Shown: positions 17,505-27,528 of the stretch, one piece after another
Layout of the letters: every line of letters starts with the position of its first letter
Numbering within the stretch: position 1 is the stretch's first letter
Sequence record: PQ850603.1
Source of the DNA: Escherichia phage GertrudWoker_Bas73
DNA: 43,856 nucleotides
Reading direction: 5' to 3' (one strand)
Position numbers and translations under genes: made by a program
The notes under the pieces: model-generated
Databases searched by the model: none
What the model was told of the DNA's origin: nothing
What the model saw: the letters and a program-made list of their open reading frames with translations, nothing else

Positions 17505-18904
17505 TGAGCGACTTATATTTCCCACGTAGCCTTAAGCCGGTGGTATCGAAAGGCTACTCAATGACCAGACGCAACAACGTCTGGAGTGTAGATTTAGCCG
17601 GTGGCGGAGTGCGTCAAGGCCGTGACACGTATTATGATGTGTTCCCAATAAGCGTAACCCTGATTACATCTGCACTAGGGCGACAGGCGTTCCTGTCGTT
17701 CCTTGAGAAAGTGGACGGTGGTGCGTCGAGTTTCTGGATGGCGCACGACTTCGGCATGGGTATTGAGGACTACCAGGTGACAATCACGTCCACCATTGCG
17801 GAGTCCACTGAAGACGGGATTAACTGGACGATTACTTTCACGGCAACCGCCGAGAAATCCCCGTTCCAGGACCTCGAGAACCAGTGTCTTGTCAATAATC
17901 TGCCGGATTTGTATGGTTGCTATGGTGACGGGCTGGGGTGTTTCCTGAAAATATACGCGAACTATGAGACAACGTTCCCGCGAATCTGGAGTAATGAAGG
18001 CCCTGCCGGATATCCGCCGATTAACCTTCTGGCGTCGACTCTTGATAGCCGCATTGTGTATGAAGGGCCGCAGGTTTATTACATCAACCGCAACGGCAAT
18101 CTTGTGCAGTCCGCCACTAATGAATGGCCTCTTACGTTTATCGATGGAGTTGCTGTTGGGCGTGTACCACCGGAAAAGGCGGCTACCAATGTGGTAGAAC
18201 ATTCTAACAACTTACTATCTACATCATTTTCGCGCACCATAACAACAACTACGGCGAGTTCTTTGGCGTTATTCCAAGAAACTTATGCTGCTAAATTAAC
18301 CGCAACGTCGGTATCAGGTAACCATTATATAAACAAGGCAGAGGCCCCAGAACAAGAAACAAGATACTCTATTAGTGCTATTATAAAAGCAGATGAGTAC
18401 CAGTCGGCAGCGGTAGCCATCGGCAACCGAGCCGCTTTAGATAATTTCCAGTATGCCTATGTTGACTTAGCCTCCGGCTATTTGATATCAGGCGACACCT
18501 CAAGGTCGTTCGTAAGCAATCTTGGTGGTGGGTGGTATCACGTTTCAATGTCAGCGGACACTAACGACTCCGGCGGATTGATTTATTCGCAGATAAACAT
18601 GTTGTCTCCGTCTAACTCCCTCACCTTCACAGGGGATGATGTCAGTGGGTTCATTATAGCCCTAATCCAGATGGAGCCTTCAGAGTTTGCCTCCTCCCCG
18701 ATAGTGACCGAGGAGTCACCGGTAACTCGTCCAACGGCATCAGCAAAAGTGGCAATGAACGGCGCGACAAGCATCGACATTACCTATTCCGACGGCTCTG
18801 TGGTAAACGTTCTGGCGGCAGATGATTACGCAACCATCCCGCAGGCTGATTCCGCGTGGGGTAGCAAGTACATCACTCGTATTGATTTTAATGTGGACGG
18901 TTAA
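17504..18904 (+). CDS. tail protein (distal tail protein-like)
   Basis: 466 aa; start overlaps tape measure stop. Confidence 0.45.
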   Translation: MSDLYFPRSLKPVVSKGYSMTRRNNVWSVDLAGGGVRQGRDTYYDVFPISVTLITSALGRQAFLSFLEKVDGGASSFWMAHDFGMGIEDYQVTITSTIAESTEDGINWTITFTATAEKSPFQDLENQCLVNNLPDLYGCYGDGLGCFLKIYANYETTFPRIWSNEGPAGYPPINLLASTLDSRIVYEGPQVYYINRNGNLVQSATNEWPLTFIDGVAVGRVPPEKAATNVVEHSNNLLSTSFSRTITTTTASSLALFQETYAAKLTATSVSGNHYINKAEAPEQETRYSISAIIKADEYQSAAVAIGNRAALDNFQYAYVDLASGYLISGDTSRSFVSNLGGGWYHVSMSADTNDSGGLIYSQINMLSPSNSLTFTGDDVSGFIIALIQMEPSEFASSPIVTEESPVTRPTASAKVAMNGATSIDITYSDGSVVNVLAADDYATIPQADSAWGSKYITRIDFNVDG

Positions 18905-18907
18905 TTT

Positions 18908-19423
18908 ATGAGCCAGGAATCTGTAGAAGCCGCCTATCGCCGTAAGCTGGCCTCAAATCCCGACGGCGAGATGGACTACATCACGTTGCAAATCAGCCAC
19001 CCGTTGTTGTCAAAGACGTACTATCTTGTTCGTGGGCTACAGGAACTCACGGCAACACTGGAGACAGGCGAAATTATCACGTTCGAGCCAACCCCGATGG
19101 AGGCGTCGGGGGCGGCTAACAACAGTGATATGGACCAGACGACTACGTTTACTTTACCGGATATTCTCAATCAACTTGACGATGAGATGGATAAAATCCC
19201 TATGAGTAACACCGAGTTGCCGAAGTTCGTCTTCCGTCGTTACGTCAGCACAGACCTGTCTTATCCGGCTGACGGTCCTGTCATGTATGAGTTGCAGGCC
19301 ATCAACCAGGAGAAGGGCGAGTTCTCCGCGGATGTTGGTACACCTATGCTGAACCAGCGAAGCACTGGTATACTGATGACACCTAAAGAGATACCGTTAT
19401 TACGCGGCCTGTTGACCACATGA
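18908..19423 (+). CDS. minor tail protein
   Basis: 171 aa in post-tape-measure tip cluster. Confidence 0.4.
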   Translation: MSQESVEAAYRRKLASNPDGEMDYITLQISHPLLSKTYYLVRGLQELTATLETGEIITFEPTPMEASGAANNSDMDQTTTFTLPDILNQLDDEMDKIPMSNTELPKFVFRRYVSTDLSYPADGPVMYELQAINQEKGEFSADVGTPMLNQRSTGILMTPKEIPLLRGLLTT

Positions 19424-19785
19424 ATATTAACGACTACACGGGCATACCTTACGACTTTCGCAAGCGCAATTGCTGGCATCACGTTCGCATTGTACGGGCC
19501 GATGCCGGGTTAGAAACCCCGGCGTTCGACGTTACAAGCCCAACGGCGATTAACGAAGCGTTCGACGAAGGCCATCGTGACACGAAGGGGCTTACAAAAA
19601 TTGATAAGCCTGAAAACTTCTGTGCGGTTCTTATGGGGTATCGCCGTGGCGGTCGTATCGTGTGGCACGCGGGAGTTTACTTCGACGGGATGGTGAGTCA
19701 TTGCGAGCTTGCGTCCCGTCAGGTACGGCTTGACAGGCTGGCGGATCTCAGAGACACGTACACGGAGATTGAATTTTGGCGATAA
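19420..19785 (+). CDS. tail assembly protein, possible NlpC/P60-like (gpK-like)
   Basis: 121 aa with Cys/His arrangement 'RNCWHH ... WHAGVY ... SHCE'. Confidence 0.35.
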   Translation: MNINDYTGIPYDFRKRNCWHHVRIVRADAGLETPAFDVTSPTAINEAFDEGHRDTKGLTKIDKPENFCAVLMGYRRGGRIVWHAGVYFDGMVSHCELASRQVRLDRLADLRDTYTEIEFWR

Positions 19786-22343
19786 TCCTGCACTACACGC
19801 GAAACGCTGATGGCGCTTTCAACCGTACAAAACACGTCGGGATGCCGATGGAGTTTGTCGTTAACCGTATCCCGGACGGCGTTCCGGTACGCGTCTATCT
19901 TGGCGAGATTGGTGATGATACTGATGTTACAGACGACTTCGACGCGCTCAAAGACGAGGACGCCGTGTACCACATTATTGAGGGCGCTGGCGGCGGCATT
20001 GGCGACGCCATCGGGAGTGTATTCAGTTTCATCCTTAAGCCAATCGCCAAATTGTTCGGGCTAAACACAGCGGCTAACGCTAATTATTCCGCTACCAACA
20101 ATCAGGCTACGTCGCCTAACAACAGTCTCACCGACCGCTCAAACAAGCCACGACCTTATGAGCGTTCCTATGATATCTGCGGGACAGTGCAGACCATCCC
20201 CAATGACCTGATGCAGACATATAAGGTGTTTAATGCCGCGGGTGCGCTTATTGAATATGCGTACTATGACGCCGGTCGAGGGTATCTGCATATTGAGGAA
20301 GACGGTGTAACTGAGGCAGATACCCGAATCAGCGAGATAACTGGCTCGTCGGTGACGGTGTATTCTCCTTACACTTCGCCGAATAACACCAGCACACCAC
20401 AATTGCATATCGGCGACCCTATAGACCAGAAATTGTACGTTACATTTAAAAACGCCGATGTCGATGGCGCTGTTCTTCCCGCCCCTAATGATATCGCTAT
20501 AGACGTGCAGGACTACACTGTCCAGCGGCAGGGAACAACCGGCGTTGTAGTAGGCGATGACGCTGGTTTCGATGAGTTTTTGGCGGTCGGGGACCTGGCA
20601 TACTTCGATAACGTATATGCAGATACAACCCCAGGGTCTTTGGGTAATGAGGTTAACCTGGACGGGAGGTACACGGTTCTTTCGGTTAGTGAAACCACCC
20701 TTATTGTGGACGTCAGTACAAATCAATCAGTATGGAACCAGCTAGGGGCGTCTGTGTGGTTTATAGGTGAAGAGGGTAACCATCTTATAGGCCCGGCGGA
20801 CACTTACGCGGCTTCTCTCTCTGAATGGGCGTACATCACCCGCGGTACTGTCGACCGTGTTGTAGCCAATGTCGCCGCCAGCAACGGCATGTATAAATAC
20901 AACGGCGACTATAACCGCGCTTCAGTGACAGTGGAACTGCAATACCAGATGGTTGATGAGCTGAAACAGCCTGTAGGTGATATATTTACTGTACAAGGAA
21001 CCGTAACAGGCCGGAACACGGATTACACAGGTATTACTCTTTACGGAAGTTTACCAACTGCTTCCAGATTCCGCGCCCGTATGCGTCGTGTTTCCGACAC
21101 CGATAAAGATTTTGAAGGTACTGTTAGTGATGAGGTTACTTTCACTAATCTGTACGGGCAGTCTCTGGACACAACCCCACACTACGGCAACAGAACCACC
21201 GTACACTGCGCTCGTAAACAAACGCCACGTGCCGCGGAGGTGTCAGAACCGGAACTGCGCATGATTGCTACCGAGATGTGCTACAAATACTTAGGTAACG
21301 GCGTATTCGATACGGTAATGACACCGAACACTCAGGCCGTGCAGTCGCTAATCAGGCTGGCGCGTGACCCTGTGGTGGGTAATCTGGAACTGACAACGGC
21401 AAATATGGACAAGTTACTTGCCGTGCAGGAAGAAATTGAGTCGTATTTTGACAGTGAATTAGCCGGGCAGTTCTGCTACACATTCGACGACTACGACACA
21501 ACCATGCAAGACATCGTTCAGACCATCGCGGAAGCCGTGTTTTGTACGGCATACCGTAAAGGTGCGGATATTATGCTGCGATTCGACCGTCCGGTTGCTG
21601 GGCCTGAAATGGTGTTCACCCACCGCAGTAAGACGACCGGTACGGAGAAATGGACGCGCACGTTCAACGATTCGACAACCTACGATAGCCTGTCGTTCTC
21701 GTACATTGACCCAGATACAAACGTACAGGAGACAATTTACATCCCGGAAGAACTCGGTGCAAACACTGAGGAATACGAATCAAAGGGTGTGCGTAACTAT
21801 CAGCAGGCGTACTGGCTGGCGTGGCGTCGCTACCAGCGCAACGCGTTAAGTAAAGTTGTCGTAGAGTTCGAAGCTACAGAAGAAGGTGCGCTCGCTACCC
21901 CCGGCGGGGTAATCAGCGTGGTTAAAGGCTCTCGCATTGCGCCGCAAGATGGTTATGTTGTTGCCGTTAATGGGCTTACGCTGACGCTGTCGCAGCCGGT
22001 TATGTTCACCCCCGGCGACGACCACTCCATCATCCTCAAGAAGCGCGATGGCTCGGTGCAGAGTATCTCCGTTATCAAAGGAAGCCACGACCGCGAAGTG
22101 ATTATGCTCTCCGCACCTGAGGAGGCAATTTACACAGGGAATAGCGCGCTAAAAACTGAGTTTTCATTCGGCAACGAAGCAAGGCATAATGCTCAGAAGA
22201 TAGTTGTTTCTTCAATCGACCCGGGCGACGACCGCACGGTAAAGATTACTGGATACAACTATGACGACGGATTCTATAAATACGACGGCGTCGCGCCATA
22301 CGGCAGCGGTTTCTCCGACGGATTCAGCAATGGTTTTAATTAA
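19776..22343 (+). CDS. tail tip / central fibre protein (gpJ-like)
   Basis: 855 aa, largest ORF after tape measure, immediately before tailspike. Confidence 0.5.
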   Translation: MAIILHYTRNADGAFNRTKHVGMPMEFVVNRIPDGVPVRVYLGEIGDDTDVTDDFDALKDEDAVYHIIEGAGGGIGDAIGSVFSFILKPIAKLFGLNTAANANYSATNNQATSPNNSLTDRSNKPRPYERSYDICGTVQTIPNDLMQTYKVFNAAGALIEYAYYDAGRGYLHIEEDGVTEADTRISEITGSSVTVYSPYTSPNNTSTPQLHIGDPIDQKLYVTFKNADVDGAVLPAPNDIAIDVQDYTVQRQGTTGVVVGDDAGFDEFLAVGDLAYFDNVYADTTPGSLGNEVNLDGRYTVLSVSETTLIVDVSTNQSVWNQLGASVWFIGEEGNHLIGPADTYAASLSEWAYITRGTVDRVVANVAASNGMYKYNGDYNRASVTVELQYQMVDELKQPVGDIFTVQGTVTGRNTDYTGITLYGSLPTASRFRARMRRVSDTDKDFEGTVSDEVTFTNLYGQSLDTTPHYGNRTTVHCARKQTPRAAEVSEPELRMIATEMCYKYLGNGVFDTVMTPNTQAVQSLIRLARDPVVGNLELTTANMDKLLAVQEEIESYFDSELAGQFCYTFDDYDTTMQDIVQTIAEAVFCTAYRKGADIMLRFDRPVAGPEMVFTHRSKTTGTEKWTRTFNDSTTYDSLSFSYIDPDTNVQETIYIPEELGANTEEYESKGVRNYQQAYWLAWRRYQRNALSKVVVEFEATEEGALATPGGVISVVKGSRIAPQDGYVVAVNGLTLTLSQPVMFTPGDDHSIILKKRDGSVQSISVIKGSHDREVIMLSAPEEAIYTGNSALKTEFSFGNEARHNAQKIVVSSIDPGDDRTVKITGYNYDDGFYKYDGVAPYGSGFSDGFSNGFN

Positions 22344-22355
22344 AGAGGACTCTAT

Positions 22356-24287
22356 ATGTCAAGCGGATGCGGTGACGTTTTAAGCCTGGCGGATTTACAG
22401 ACCGCCAAGAAGCACCATATTTTTGAAGCCGAGGTTATCACAGGTAAATCCGGCGGAGTATCTACGGGTGCTGATATCGATTACGCGACAAATCAGGTTA
22501 CAGGGCAGACTCAGAAGACGCTCCCGGCCGTGTTGCGTGACGCCGGGTTCAGACCTGCGCCATTCACATTCGAAACAGGTGGGACTTTGGGCGTTAACGA
22601 CGCTGACCTGGCGGTGTTGTGGCCAGGGCCATCAGGCGACGGCAACTATTATGCATGGAAAGGTGCCCTGCCAAAAACCATCCCGGCATCTTCAACCCCG
22701 GCGTCTACGGGCGGAGTAGGCCAGACCGCATGGGTTGCCGTTAGTGAAGCTGCATTGCGCCGTGATTTGGCCCTAAGCACTGGCGCAGGGCTAGTTGGTA
22801 CGTCTTCGGGTCGCACAGTGCAAGGCGAGGTTGACCATTTCAAAATAGGGTATATGACACCCGATGATTTCGGCGCGGTGGGTGATGGTGCCACCGACGA
22901 CACCACGCCTTTGCAACAGGCTATTGACTATTGTTCAAGCAACGGTATCGCGTTAAGAATCCCCGCAAAATCTTATGTTTGGAATGGCGGTATTATAACT
23001 TCACCCATAACAATAATCGGTGACAGACGTCCAGATTACAATTTTAGCTCCAATTCTATGTCTAACGGGTCTGTCATAATTGGCAATTTAAGATTTTCCG
23101 CAAGCCAGGTGATTATTAAGTCACTTGGTGTGCGTAGGCCTACAGGCTCCCCCGGAGATTGTCTGGTGTTATCGACCGATAACTATGCTGGTGGGTCTTG
23201 TATTGTTCAAGATGTAGTTGCCGCGGGCCTTTCCGGTTCGGACACGTACCACAGCGTTCTTGTTGAAGGCTACGATTCCGCGCATGTATCTCAAATAACT
23301 GGCGGTTATAATCTTTTTGGCCTCGCGATTAAGTCAAGAAACGTTGTTGCCAGAGGCGTAATAACCGTAAGCTGTGATACTGGCGTTATCATTAAATCTG
23401 ATAGTGAGTTCAGCACGGCAAAAAATGTGGTGCTGGACGGGCACATTAATGTCGGTAATGGTGTTTCCAGTCAAGGTGTTTGGATTTACAGCACAACCGC
23501 ACAACTTGAGCGTATTACCTGCGCAAACTTACAAAGCATCGATTCCGCTATACATATGCGGATTAAGTCCGAAAACGTAGCTAATGACGTGCTAATTGTT
23601 GGGGCAAATTATTCAGGATCTACTTATGCGGATGTTTTAGTCGAAGGCACTTCGGCGGGCACATTGTACAATGTTAGTTTAGATAGTATAACAGCAGTAG
23701 ATAGCCAGAAATTTATGGCTGCAGGTTTCTGTGAACAACTGATGGTAACAGGATTCTATGGGTCCCTGAAACCTGGCGCTCCCGCCGATACTGCGTTTGA
23801 GGTTAGCGCCGCCGTAGGGCTTTTTAGCGGGTCAAATATCCAACTAGTCCGTCAATACGGCAGTGACCTAATGACAATGAATCTCGGTAACAGTTATCTT
23901 AATAATAGATTATCATCTGTTAAGGCGAAAGTAATAGGAGACGGCAAACCTAGACCGGGGTATAAAGAACAGAATCTTAGCGGCGCTGCGGCTTCAATGA
24001 TTGTCGGCGACAGTTTGGGTCCCTCTGGGGTTGTGTCTGTCACCGCGTTATCCACCGGCAGTTCATTCAGCAGTATTTCTATTAATGACGACTATGGTCA
24101 GCCGGTTAAGCCAGGTTTTCTTCTAATAATCCGAAACGCATCCACTATCCCGTTCGTTATGAACCATAATCCAGGGTCTGGTGGAATCGCAAATAACGGG
24201 GCGGTGGGTAAGACCATTGCGGGCGGAGACACTATAATGTACGTTTTTGACGGGACTAACTGGCGTCAGACTCCATCAATAACATAA
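22356..24287 (+). CDS. tailspike / receptor-binding protein
   Basis: 643 aa; N-terminal ~120 aa particle-binding-like region then Gly/Ser/Asn/Val-rich repetitive segment suggesting beta-helix; last structural gene. Confidence 0.6.
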   Translation: MSSGCGDVLSLADLQTAKKHHIFEAEVITGKSGGVSTGADIDYATNQVTGQTQKTLPAVLRDAGFRPAPFTFETGGTLGVNDADLAVLWPGPSGDGNYYAWKGALPKTIPASSTPASTGGVGQTAWVAVSEAALRRDLALSTGAGLVGTSSGRTVQGEVDHFKIGYMTPDDFGAVGDGATDDTTPLQQAIDYCSSNGIALRIPAKSYVWNGGIITSPITIIGDRRPDYNFSSNSMSNGSVIIGNLRFSASQVIIKSLGVRRPTGSPGDCLVLSTDNYAGGSCIVQDVVAAGLSGSDTYHSVLVEGYDSAHVSQITGGYNLFGLAIKSRNVVARGVITVSCDTGVIIKSDSEFSTAKNVVLDGHINVGNGVSSQGVWIYSTTAQLERITCANLQSIDSAIHMRIKSENVANDVLIVGANYSGSTYADVLVEGTSAGTLYNVSLDSITAVDSQKFMAAGFCEQLMVTGFYGSLKPGAPADTAFEVSAAVGLFSGSNIQLVRQYGSDLMTMNLGNSYLNNRLSSVKAKVIGDGKPRPGYKEQNLSGAAASMIVGDSLGPSGVVSVTALSTGSSFSSISINDDYGQPVKPGFLLIIRNASTIPFVMNHNPGSGGIANNGAVGKTIAGGDTIMYVFDGTNWRQTPSIT

Positions 24288-24292
24288 AACTA

Positions 24293-24316
24293 AGGCCCCG
24301 TTTGGGGCCTTTTCTC
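24293..24316. terminator. bidirectional hairpin terminator
   Basis: 'aggcccc gttt ggggcct' followed by 'tttct'; near-identical to 12483-12506. Confidence 0.65.
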
Positions 24317-24453
24317 TACTCTTCCGATAACTTCTCCAGCACAAACGCCAGTTGCGCATTAGCGGCATCTCTCTGTTGCCGTAGGCGTAGAACCTCCTCT
24401 TCGAGTTCCTTGATACGTTTTTGCAATGCTGGAATCGGGGCTATGATGTTCAT
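24316..24453 (-). CDS. possible small coiled-coil protein (45 aa)
   Basis: ATG overlaps helicase stop (ATGA); heptad-like 'LQKRIKELEEEVLRLRQQRD'. Confidence 0.3.
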   Translation of the reverse strand: MNIIAPIPALQKRIKELEEEVLRLRQQRDAANAQLAFVLEKLSEE

Positions 24454-25874
24454 TTCTTACCTCGTCTCTTCATGTAGTTAAGCAACTCTTCCTGTACCGA
24501 TTTCTTCTCGTCGGTACGCGCGGCAACAACCTCGTCCAGCGTGTCTTTAGCGACTATGTGATAAAGGAACACCGGGCGCTCGTGCCCAGCTTGTTTCTGG
24601 CGAACAGGGCCGATGCGCTCGACAACCTGCAAATAGTGCTCAAGATTCCAGCCTTGTGAAATAAACGCCAGATGATGGCCGCCGTCCTGTAAATTCAAAC
24701 CATGCCCGGCTGACGCAGGGTGTACGCATAAGATTTCTATTTCGCCGCGGTTCCACGCTTCCATCTGCTTATTACCCTTCGCGCCTTTGGAAAACGCCTG
24801 CGCCTGTGGGAATCGCTTAAGGATGCGCTCAAGTTCGTGCTTGAACTGATAGGCGACCAGCAACGGCGCGCCCTGCAACTCCTCCACAATTGACTCCAGC
24901 GCATCAAGTTTCGTGTCGTGCACTTTCTCCCATTCTTTGGTTGATTCGCCATCTGGCCCCGATACATACACGGCACCGGAGGCAATCTGTAGGCACTTCG
25001 ACGTCTTCGCCGCAGCGTTAGCCGCTTCAACTTCTCCGCTTTCCAGTTCCGCGAATAACTTCTCCTCCATATCGATGTACGCCTGACGTGCTTTCTTCGG
25101 CAGGTCGATTTCAACCGGCACAATAATCGGCGCTTCACACCCGAACCACTCGGCGGCGTCAATCGTGAGACTAATGTCCTTCATCTTCTGGTGAATTTCA
25201 TTATCCGCACCCGGGCGTGCGTGGTATTCACGGGCCATCGCAGATTTCCCTTTCTGTACCGAGTTAAACCAGCGGTCGGTGAATGCTGTGTACGATGACC
25301 CCAGGCGCTCGCCTGCGTCGATAAACCAGTTCTGCCCCCACAAGTCCTTGAGGCCGTTTGGTGACGGCGTGCCAGTCAGGTTAATGAAACGCTTAACTTT
25401 GCCAAATGCCACTTTACTAAGCGCCTTTGCCCTCTTGCTGCCTCCAGAACGGCTACGGAATGACTTGAGCTTCGTGCTTTCATCGGCGACGATAACCGTA
25501 AAAGGCCAGTCGTCTTTGCCGTAGTAGTCAATAAGCCACTCGATAACTTCGTAGTTCGTGCACACCACGTTAGCATCTGACTCCAGCGCCGCGATGCGGC
25601 GCTTCTCCAAACCAGTCGCGTCTACGACACGCAGACATGGGAAATTCCACTTAGTTTGTTCCGCCGGCCATGTGCCTGATGCAACGCGCAACGGGGCGAG
25701 GATTAACACGCGGTCCTCTTCTGTAAGCTGCCCGTTGCGGAACAGTCGGTTTAATGTCCACAGTACGCTGCCAGTCTTCCCGGCGCCCATGCTCGCCCAA
25801 ATATTACAGCGATGGTGCCGCAACATGAACGAAGTCATTAGCTTCTGGTATTCGCGCCTTTGAAACTTACTCAT
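24450..25874 (-). CDS. SF2 DNA helicase (DEAD/SNF2-like)
   Basis: Walker A 'SMGAGKTGS', motif II-like 'VIVADEST', C-terminal helicase motifs 'HPASAGHGLNLQ' and 'QVVERIGPVRQ'. Confidence 0.75.
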   Translation of the reverse strand: MSKFQRREYQKLMTSFMLRHHRCNIWASMGAGKTGSVLWTLNRLFRNGQLTEEDRVLILAPLRVASGTWPAEQTKWNFPCLRVVDATGLEKRRIAALESDANVVCTNYEVIEWLIDYYGKDDWPFTVIVADESTKLKSFRSRSGGSKRAKALSKVAFGKVKRFINLTGTPSPNGLKDLWGQNWFIDAGERLGSSYTAFTDRWFNSVQKGKSAMAREYHARPGADNEIHQKMKDISLTIDAAEWFGCEAPIIVPVEIDLPKKARQAYIDMEEKLFAELESGEVEAANAAAKTSKCLQIASGAVYVSGPDGESTKEWEKVHDTKLDALESIVEELQGAPLLVAYQFKHELERILKRFPQAQAFSKGAKGNKQMEAWNRGEIEILCVHPASAGHGLNLQDGGHHLAFISQGWNLEHYLQVVERIGPVRQKQAGHERPVFLYHIVAKDTLDEVVAARTDEKKSVQEELLNYMKRRGKK

Positions 25875-26661
25875 TTACGGCCCCCATGAACGCCTTTATA
25901 AATTCAGCGGCTACTTGCGGGACGATAGCATTGCCGTAACCGCGCAATCGTCCCACTCTGGCGGGTACCCCATTAGCCAGCGGGAATGTGCTGGGTTCAA
26001 CTGGCCTGAATTTTCCATCCCGGCATCCGAGCCAGTCAGCATCTGACCAGAACCCGTTAGGCGGATTGGCTGTGTCAGAGATGCCTCTGTTTGCAGATTG
26101 TGGCCCCCGTTCCTGCCCTGATGGCCTGCTCCCGCCGAGTTGTTCGCACACGGTGTTGGCCAGTTGCTGCGCTCCGAAGAACAATCGATTCCTTTTGTGC
26201 GGTGCGCCGACGCTACAAGCTGGGAGTACGGCAAACCCGACGGCGTAGTCTTCTCTTTCCAGGTGAGTTTGTAAATCGCACATCCACGATTTTGCAATTG
26301 CTGCCGCAACCTGCTCCCCAAAGATGACTGGAGGGTGGCACTCGCTGATGAGGTCGAGGAGCACAGGTGCGAGGTGTCTCTGGTCGAACTGTCCGAGTTG
26401 CTTTCCTGCCGTGCTAAACGGTTGGCAAGGCGGACTTCCCGTCCATATAGGCGTATCTTCAGAAACTCCCGCAAGTCTGAGCGCGAGAGGCCAGCCGCCG
26501 ATACCCGCGAAAAAATGACACTGGGTGAACCCGTCAAGGTCTTCTGGCTTAACTTCGGTAATGCTTCTTTCATCTACAACTCCAAAAGGTATGTGACCCT
26601 GTTTTATCAACTCACGCAGCCACGCGGCTGCGCCTTTATCCCATTCATTGTAATAGTTCAT
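25867..26661 (-). CDS. DNA (cytosine-5)-methyltransferase, compact
   Basis: motif I 'FAGIGG', motif IV '[13 protein letters not shown]' (catalytic Cys), motif VI-like 'FGEQV', motif VIII-like 'KRNRLFF'; only 264 aa. Confidence 0.7.
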   Translation of the reverse strand: MNYYNEWDKGAAAWLRELIKQGHIPFGVVDERSITEVKPEDLDGFTQCHFFAGIGGWPLALRLAGVSEDTPIWTGSPPCQPFSTAGKQLGQFDQRHLAPVLLDLISECHPPVIFGEQVAAAIAKSWMCDLQTHLEREDYAVGFAVLPACSVGAPHKRNRLFFGAQQLANTVCEQLGGSRPSGQERGPQSANRGISDTANPPNGFWSDADWLGCRDGKFRPVEPSTFPLANGVPARVGRLRGYGNAIVPQVAAEFIKAFMGAVNE

Positions 26662-26849
26662 TTCGCCACCAGCACCAGCTCTTTACGCCCGAACGCCGTA
26701 ACGTTACCGGTTACGTCTTCAATAACCAGTTTACCGTTCGACTCGACGAACACCGTATCAACGGCAACAGGACGACGGGTCTTAACGTTGAAAATCATGT
26801 CGCCTGGTACGATGTCACGTGCTGGTTTGCGGTCATATTCGTGTTTCAT
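26658..26849 (-). CDS. hypothetical protein
   Basis: 63 aa; stop overlaps methyltransferase start (ATGA); preceded by promoter 26884-26912. Confidence 0.45.
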   Translation of the reverse strand: MKHEYDRKPARDIVPGDMIFNVKTRRPVAVDTVFVESNGKLVIEDVTGNVTAFGRKELVLVAK

Positions 26850-27165
26850 TTCTAAATTCCTTATATTGTTGGGGTATGTGCTTACTATAATAGTCTGCTA
26901 TTAGGGTGTCAATCTGTTTTATCGAACCAACGACAAAAACATTTGCGCCACGTTTACGTATACGCTCGTGTTCCCGTAGCTGGTGCGGGTCTGGCTTAGT
27001 GTTTTCGTCTTTCTTCACCTCGACGAACCAGACGATGCCGCCGGGTAGAATTGCCAGCAGGTCAGGAGCGCCTGAACGTCCTTCGTAGGAAAGTTTACGA
27101 ACGAGGCCACCAATAGCCTCGAATCGCTCTTTTGCGTATTTCTGGATGCGGCCCTCTTTAGTCAT
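26833..27165 (-). CDS. VRR-NUC domain nuclease
   Basis: PD-(D/E)XK-like 'GAPDLLAI ... VWFVEVKKDEN'; ~110 aa. Confidence 0.6.
   Translation of the reverse strand: MTKEGRIQKYAKERFEAIGGLVRKLSYEGRSGAPDLLAILPGGIVWFVEVKKDENTKPDPHQLREHERIRKRGANVFVVGSIKQIDTLIADYYSKHIPQQYKEFRNETRI
26884..26912 (-). promoter_or_regulatory. sigma70-like promoter TTGACA-N17-TATAGT with AATAGtctgCTATT palindrome
   Basis: minus strand reads 'TTGACAccctaatagcagactatTATAGT'; lies inside the 3' end of the VRR-NUC ORF. Confidence 0.45.
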
Positions 27166-27314
27166 GACCGCAGCATCCAGGTAAGGAAAACCCAGCCTAG
27201 AATGGCAACACCGGCAAACTGAAAGAACAGGCCGTAACAGAACATAGCAGCTATTCCCGCACCGAGTAACAGTGCGAGCATGGTTACTATGGTCCTAAAT
27301 ACAAACATTGTCAT
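27162..27314 (-). CDS. possible small membrane protein (50 aa)
   Basis: RBS 'gaggggtg'; hydrophobic 'TMLALLLGAGIAAMFCYGLFFQFAGVAILGWVFL'; stop overlaps VRR-NUC start (ATGA). Confidence 0.35.
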   Translation of the reverse strand: MTMFVFRTIVTMLALLLGAGIAAMFCYGLFFQFAGVAILGWVFLTWMLRS

Positions 27315-27396
27315 AATACGCACCCCTCACGTTTCGTATGCTCAATCCCGCAGCGCGGGCAGATTCGGCAGTCTTCTTCATAAAACCAGTAAATTT

Positions 27397-27528
27397 TCAT
27401 TCCAGCACCCACATATAAATTGCGATGAACATGCCCAATATGGCAACCATCATGCCGTATTGTCCCTCGTGACAGTAGACACCGGCGGCAAATCCCGCCA
27501 GTACCGCGATAATCAGTTTACTTGGCAT
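27397..27528 (-). CDS. possible small membrane protein (43 aa)
   Basis: RBS 'gaaggag'; hydrophobic 'LIIAVLAGFAAGVY ... MMVAILGMFIAIYMWVL'; start overlaps HNH gene end. Confidence 0.35.
   Translation of the reverse strand: MPSKLIIAVLAGFAAGVYCHEGQYGMMVAILGMFIAIYMWVLE

Noticed and set aside
25911-26573. 220-aa alternative-frame ORF overlapping the methyltransferase gene on the same strand
   Set aside because: The other frame carries the complete ordered C5-methyltransferase motif set; this frame has no recognisable motif and is most likely a GC-driven open frame.
27298-27381. 27-codon ORF between the two small membrane ORFs
   Set aside because: Overlaps the start of the 50-aa ORF, lacks a convincing RBS, and has a non-hydrophobic low-complexity product.
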